A DNA stretch of 32,000 nt, from the NCBI RefSeq assembly GCF_035285525.1, contig NZ_JAYKGW010000104.1, forward strand, positions 31,898-63,897, given 5' to 3'. The DNA is from Okeania sp. (lineage in GTDB: Bacteria; Cyanobacteriota; Cyanobacteriia; Cyanobacteriales; Microcoleaceae). A model generated the notes under the pieces. It was given only the letters and a program-made list of their open reading frames with translations, did no database searches and had not been told where the DNA came from. This document shows, one piece after another, positions 27,868 through 32,000 of the stretch. Positions within the stretch are counted from its first letter, which is position 1. Each line of letters starts with the position of its first letter. Made by a program: the position numbers and the translations under genes.

Positions 27868-28086
27868 CTAATCTTCTTCCCAAGCTTCTACAGCTAACAG
27901 TTCACTAACTGGATCTTGCATAGAAAAACCAAACTCTTGTAGTTCTTTTTTCCAAAAGTGCCATTTATCACCAAAAAGTAGGGCAATTTTCCAGATACTA
28001 TCTGTTGGCTTGATTATATTAGATTTGACAAGGGAATTCACCTGACGCTGGAACTTGTCCATCGGGTGCATAACCTTTTGGTTCAT
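27868..28086 (-). CDS. small hypothetical protein (72 aa from MNQKV..)
   Basis: I prefer the ATG at 28086 because AGAGG lies about 6 nt upstream on the minus strand. I recognise no motif and coding status is uncertain. Confidence 0.35.
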   Translation of the reverse strand: MNQKVMHPMDKFQRQVNSLVKSNIIKPTDSIWKIALLFGDKWHFWKKELQEFGFSMQDPVSELLAVEAWEED

Positions 28087-28448
28087 AATACCTCTTGATT
28101 TTTTTGAAATTCTGCTTACAGCTACCCCTCTCCTTCTCACTTTTACCGATTTGAGGACTTTTCGTGGCCTTGAGAGAAGTAGTTTGTATTCTTATAATCT
28201 AGAATACTTAGTTTCTTTTGGCAAGACATTATAAGTAAAACTAAATCATTGAAAATGAATGGTGATCTTTGTTTATACTTCCTGGATTTTTATTTGTTTT
28301 GCTACTTGAATAAATTGTATTAATGTGATATACGAATCTTAATTTTGAGGGAATAGAGAATAGAGAATAGGTAAGAATTTCGGAGGTTTTCATTTGCTTT
28401 TTGATTTGTCACAATCAATTAGGAAATAGACCTCTCCAGAAAAAACGA

Positions 28449-28490
28449 AGCAGGGAGCAGGGAGCAGGGAGCAGGGAGCAGGGAGCAGGG
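28449..28490. repeat. STRR heptamer (GCAGGGA)x6
   Basis: Read directly as 42 nt of perfect heptamer repeats. Confidence 0.95.
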
Positions 28491-28726
28491 AGAAATAATT
28501 GATAACTTCTGCACGATAATTGATTTTACTTTTTATTATTGGAGATGCCTAATAGGGAATGGGGAACACTTAACTGGAAGACAGGTCGATTACTTTAACG
28601 TTGCAATGACAACTGTTCAACTGGATTCATATAATATCATGTCCGAATAAACTGATAACCGATAACTGAAATGACCCGGTACATCATTTTTCTGAAATCT
28701 GCTGTATTCAACCGCACATGATATTA

Positions 28727-29785
28727 CTAAAAGTCAGTTAATAGTCTAACCTTTCTGAGAACAAAAGTTAATACAGTTTCCTGAGAATAGATAATATCAG
28801 CTCTTCCTTCCATTCCTGGTTGAATTGGATATTGACGATCACTTTTGACTAAATAAGGTTGTTCAGGTTTTATGATCGCCTCATAATAAGCTTCTTGTAG
28901 CACTTCTGGAGTGATAGCATCTGGAGATATTGAACTGACAGTTCCTTTGAGAATACCATAATCAGGAAAAGGATAAGCTGAAACCCGAATCTGTACAGGT
29001 TGACCGACTTTTACCCTGGCGATATCTGCTGCTGTCACTCTACCTTTAAATACTAAAGGTGCGTTACTGGGAACAATTTGAGCGATCGCTGTTCCTGTTT
29101 CGACAGTTTGTCCAGGATTGCGTAAAAATAACTTAAGTATAGTACCATTTGCCGGGGCGATAATTACACTATGGTCAAGCTTGGTATTTATCTGTTCTAG
29201 TTTTGTGTCACCAACAGTCAATTCTTTAATTAGTTCGGTTCGCTTGACTATTAGATCGCGTCTATCTTTAGCAAACTGTTGAGCAAGTTGAGGTAAAGAT
29301 TGGGATAGTTTTAAAATAGCTGAATCAATAGATGAATCATCTATCTTAGTTGATGGCTGAAAATTCTGAGGTTTAGCAGTAGCTAAAATTTGCACTTCTA
29401 GAGCAGATATTTGTTGATTAATTTGCTCTAGTTCCATATTGCACTGTTTTATTTTTTCTTCCAGTTGACTTTTTTTACGGTTGAGAGTGGATTCATCTAT
29501 GCGTGCGATCGCATCTCCCATCTGAACTACTTGATTTTCACTTACTTCTATACTGTCAACTTTACCCTCTGTTAGGGCTTGAACAATTCTTATATCTCCT
29601 GTTGGTCGAGCAATAGCTTCAGTTCTGACAGTAGGATTATATTTGATTACACTCATTAGAGCAATAGCTGCACTAAATGTTCCTAGTAATAACATTCCCC
29701 CTATTTTATTCCAACGACTCATAGGAGGGAGAAATTCATCACTTTCTAGGGGTTGTAATTCTATAGAATCAGAATTATTAAACAT
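28727..29785 (-). CDS. HlyD-family periplasmic adaptor (membrane fusion protein) of a peptide/protein exporter
   Basis: 352-aa ORF with an N-terminal anchor (IGGMLLLGTFSAAIALMSVI) and a lipoyl-like half-motif (GKVDSIEVSENQVVQMGDAIARID). It also has a coiled coil (LNRKKSQLEEKIKQCNMELEQINQQISALE) and a beta-barrel region (GTILKLFLRNPGQTVETGTAIAQIVP). Confidence 0.8.
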   Translation of the reverse strand: MFNNSDSIELQPLESDEFLPPMSRWNKIGGMLLLGTFSAAIALMSVIKYNPTVRTEAIARPTGDIRIVQALTEGKVDSIEVSENQVVQMGDAIARIDESTLNRKKSQLEEKIKQCNMELEQINQQISALEVQILATAKPQNFQPSTKIDDSSIDSAILKLSQSLPQLAQQFAKDRRDLIVKRTELIKELTVGDTKLEQINTKLDHSVIIAPANGTILKLFLRNPGQTVETGTAIAQIVPSNAPLVFKGRVTAADIARVKVGQPVQIRVSAYPFPDYGILKGTVSSISPDAITPEVLQEAYYEAIIKPEQPYLVKSDRQYPIQPGMEGRADIIYSQETVLTFVLRKVRLLTDF

Positions 29786-30523
29786 AATTAATTTTTACTT
29801 ACTAAAATAATTTTTTTGAGATTAAATTGAGAAATTAATATTATTTGGATTTACGCAGAAACCTGGTTTCTTTGGAGAAATTTTGGGGTTTGAGCAACAA
29901 TATTGCAGTAATAAACCCGATTTATTGGTTGCTTTGCGTAAGTAGTAATTTTGCCTCCAAAAGCAATTTTTAACTTCAGCTTACTAAAAATAAAAGAAAT
30001 AACATAAATAATCCGGAGAAAGTTAAAACTCGTAGATATTAAGGTTAAAGTTAATACTTCACAGAAAATTATCGTGGGAGTTGACAAAAATCCGGATAGT
30101 GCAAATTATTTGGGAATATAAACTAAAATTCCTTGAGGATTTGTAGAAATCAGCAAAGATTATCAATATTTTCTCAAAATTATAGCAATCCTGTTTGAGT
30201 CGTGTATAAGATGTCATTGCTTTTGAGGAATGGTTAAGGGTTATACAAATTCTCATGTATTATTGCTATACTTGAGTAATACTTCAGTCATCAAATAATT
30301 AACACAAACCAAATTATTTTTTGCCAATTTTAGCTAAGTTAATGTGGATTTTTCTGATGTTTACTTCTCCCCCACTCCCTTACTCTCCTACTCCCCTGCT
30401 CAATCAAATGTAGAAAAATTTTTGAGAAATGGTATTAATAGGTAGGAATTTCAGTTTTTTATTTACTTTTTGATTTGTCACAACCTATAACTGTAAGAAA
30501 TGATTTGCGATCAAAAAACTATA

Positions 30524-30584
30524 GGGATTTGGAGAGCAAACCCCTACAATAAAATCTTACAACTTAATTTAGGATTGCTATATA
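30524..30584 (+). repeat. about 64-bp MITE-like dispersed repeat, copy 3, ending in AGGATTGCTATATA just upstream of the first peptide gene
   Basis: GGGATTTGGAGAGCAAACCCCTACAATAAAATCTTACAACTTAATTTAGGATTGCTATATA aligns with 2431-2494 and 2574-2636. Confidence 0.7.
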
Positions 30585-30603
30585 AACTATGAGGGAATTC
30601 ATC

Positions 30604-30819
30604 ATGCAAGAATCTCAACCAAAGCAACTTTTTACAGAATTAAATTTAGAAGAATCTACCAAAATAAATGGTGGTTATAATGAAAATAATCAATATCGCC
30701 TGAATTTTTTAGGGTTTCAACTTTGTCCTCGGAGTTATTACAAATATAACCGTTATTCTCCTGAATATAAACCTTACAGTTCTAATTATTATAAAGGAAA
30801 TATAAAAGGCTATTACTAA
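30604..30819 (+). CDS. double-glycine-leader precursor peptide 1 (24-aa leader + 47-aa Tyr/Asn/Lys/Arg-rich core)
   Basis: The leader MQESQPKQLFTELNLEESTKINGG is paralogous to those of the next two genes. GAGGGA (30591-30596) lies 7 nt upstream of the ATG at 30604. The tracked ORF starts 15 nt earlier, at 30589. Confidence 0.7.
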   Translation: MQESQPKQLFTELNLEESTKINGGYNENNQYRLNFLGFQLCPRSYYKYNRYSPEYKPYSSNYYKGNIKGYY

Positions 30820-31429
30820 AATAATTTCAGTTATTAGTTATCAGTACCTTATTCTCAAACTAAGGGCTTAAAAAACTGAATTATTTTCATCACTTTGAGA
30901 GAAGAAGTTTGAAGATTTATCTATTGGTCATATTTTCATAATTCTTATTTATTTTTATATTTTATGTAGTAGGCTTGAATGGCTATAAAACCCTGCAAAT
31001 GTTGTATAATTTCATCTTTTGGATAAGTTCTAATTTTTTAATTTTCAACAAATCAATCTGAGATTATTCTATTTAAGTAAAAATTATTTAATTCAGTATC
31101 TATCCGGATATTGCTAACTAACCAGGAAGAATAGAACGGTAAGCATTCAGCTATTAGCACCTCACCAGTCAGCTCTTAGTTTTTTTTAATGAATGAAGTA
31201 AGTCAAGCGTTCTTGCAACTTCAACTTCTACTTTTCAACTATATATCTGAGCTTTTAACCCATATAATTTATAGCTGGAAATTATAGATGTTTTTCAGAA
31301 GTGGATAGCTGTTTCGCTACGCGACATGAAAAGCGAAGCTCCTCTGTTTGCGAAGCATTCGGAAGGAAAAGAGGCTAGCTGAGTGCTGAATGCTTACATA
31401 GAATGCAATTAAGTTTGAGGAAAATATCT

Positions 31430-31642
31430 ATGGAAGAAACTCAAAATAGCGAACTATTTTCTAACCTTTCTACTGAAAAATCCGCTACTATTAATGGCGG
31501 TCATTATTACAATAATTACGGTTATGGTCGCTCCGTATATTACTATAATCGTCCTATTATTAACCATCATTATCGTAGTTACAACCACCGTTATAATCGC
31601 CCTATCAGTTATAGCTACCAACGCAATTACAATTGCTACTAA
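31430..31642 (+). CDS. double-glycine-leader precursor peptide 2 (24-aa leader + 46-aa Tyr/Asn/Arg/His-rich core)
   Basis: The leader is MEETQNSELFSNLSTEKSATINGG. GAGGA (31417-31421) lies 8 nt upstream of the ATG at 31430. The tracked ORF starts at 31403. Confidence 0.7.
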   Translation: MEETQNSELFSNLSTEKSATINGGHYYNNYGYGRSVYYYNRPIINHHYRSYNHRYNRPISYSYQRNYNCY

Positions 31643-31923
31643 AAATTAGCAAAAAATATCCTGAAACTTTAACTAAACTCAAGAATAATCTATTAAAAAT
31701 AACGAGATAGTTGAATCAATAAATCCTAAGGATTCAGCACTCAGCGAGCAGCTATTAGCTTTTGTAGTTAACCTATAATTTTCTGTCCTAAAATAATGAA
31801 AAATAGAAGTTAAAACCAAACTCAATTCATTCATTAAAAAGGGCGTTGCTAACGGCTAATTACTAATAGATGGATGCTTAGATAAACTATCTTATTCATT
31901 GAATTAAATCCCAAGCAAAAACG

Positions 31924-32000
31924 ATGCAAGAAACTCAAAATAACGAACTCTTTTCTGATATTTCTACTGAAGAATCTGCTGCTATTAATGGTGGTCATGG
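31924..32000 (+). CDS. double-glycine-leader precursor peptide 3 (5-prime part only, truncated by the window end)
   Basis: It is not in the ORF track because it is cut short. It reads MQETQNNELFSDISTEESAAINGGH.., with the same 24-aa leader pattern and the same His after GG as peptide 2. Confidence 0.6.
   Translation, partial: MQETQNNELFSDISTEESAAINGGH

Noticed and set aside
29851-30256. Two minus-strand ORFs (78 and 65 aa) between the HlyD gene and the peptide genes.
   Set aside because: They span dispersed-repeat sequence (the AGAAACCTGGTTTCT palindrome and the GATTGCTATAAT motif), have odd composition and lack ribosome-binding sites. They are probably non-coding, though small proteins cannot be excluded.
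30979-31026. A 15-aa Cys-rich micro-ORF (MAIKPCKCCIISSFG) between peptide genes 1 and 2.
   Set aside because: It has no Shine-Dalgarno site, no leader similarity to the GG peptides, and a length easily reached by chance. It is noted only because of its location.
1-32000. tRNA, rRNA, tmRNA, RNase P or an obvious riboswitch.
   Set aside because: I found no cloverleaf-like GTTCGAATC-type T-arm motifs and no long GC-rich structured stretches on reading either strand. A covariance-model scan is needed for certainty.

Overview
This is an AT-rich chromosomal segment that looks like a filamentous, Nostocales-like cyanobacterium. The HIP1 octamer GCGATCGC occurs at least 11 times by eye. Many intergenic heptamer arrays of the STRR type are present, along with a mosaic of short dispersed repeat modules. 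I recognise 20 credible protein genes, plus two low-confidence small ORFs (6167-6355 and 27868-28086). I saw no rRNA, tRNA or CRISPR array. The genes, in order:

1. 105-11023, all on the minus strand: an alpha/beta hydrolase and a cell-envelope polysaccharide block (GT4, GT2, acyltransferase-3, NodB-type deacetylase, Wzy/O-antigen-ligase-like membrane protein, GlmM). An Rpn-type PD-(D/E)XK nuclease gene flanked by repeats interrupts the block.
2. 11024-12510: a 1.5-kb ORF-free spacer.
3. 12511-14499: a membrane-anchored helical-repeat protein.
4. 15298-19922: a receiver/DUF3685-like protein, a Cas4-like Fe-S PD-(D/E)XK nuclease, and a receiver-first histidine kinase.
5. 19921-20991: about 1 kb of repeats.
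6. 20992-27602: recJ carrying an in-frame 126-bp tandem repeat, then a zinc-ribbon/PP2C phosphatase and an FHA/zinc-ribbon Ser/Thr kinase.
7. 28727-32000: an HlyD-family adaptor divergent from an array of at least three paralogous small genes. Each encodes a double-glycine leader followed by an unusual Tyr/Asn/Arg-rich cationic core. The third gene is cut by the window end.

The peptide array is my best candidate for something new. Neither its exporter nor any modifying enzyme is inside the window. All functional calls rest on motifs read from the translations; no database search was possible.
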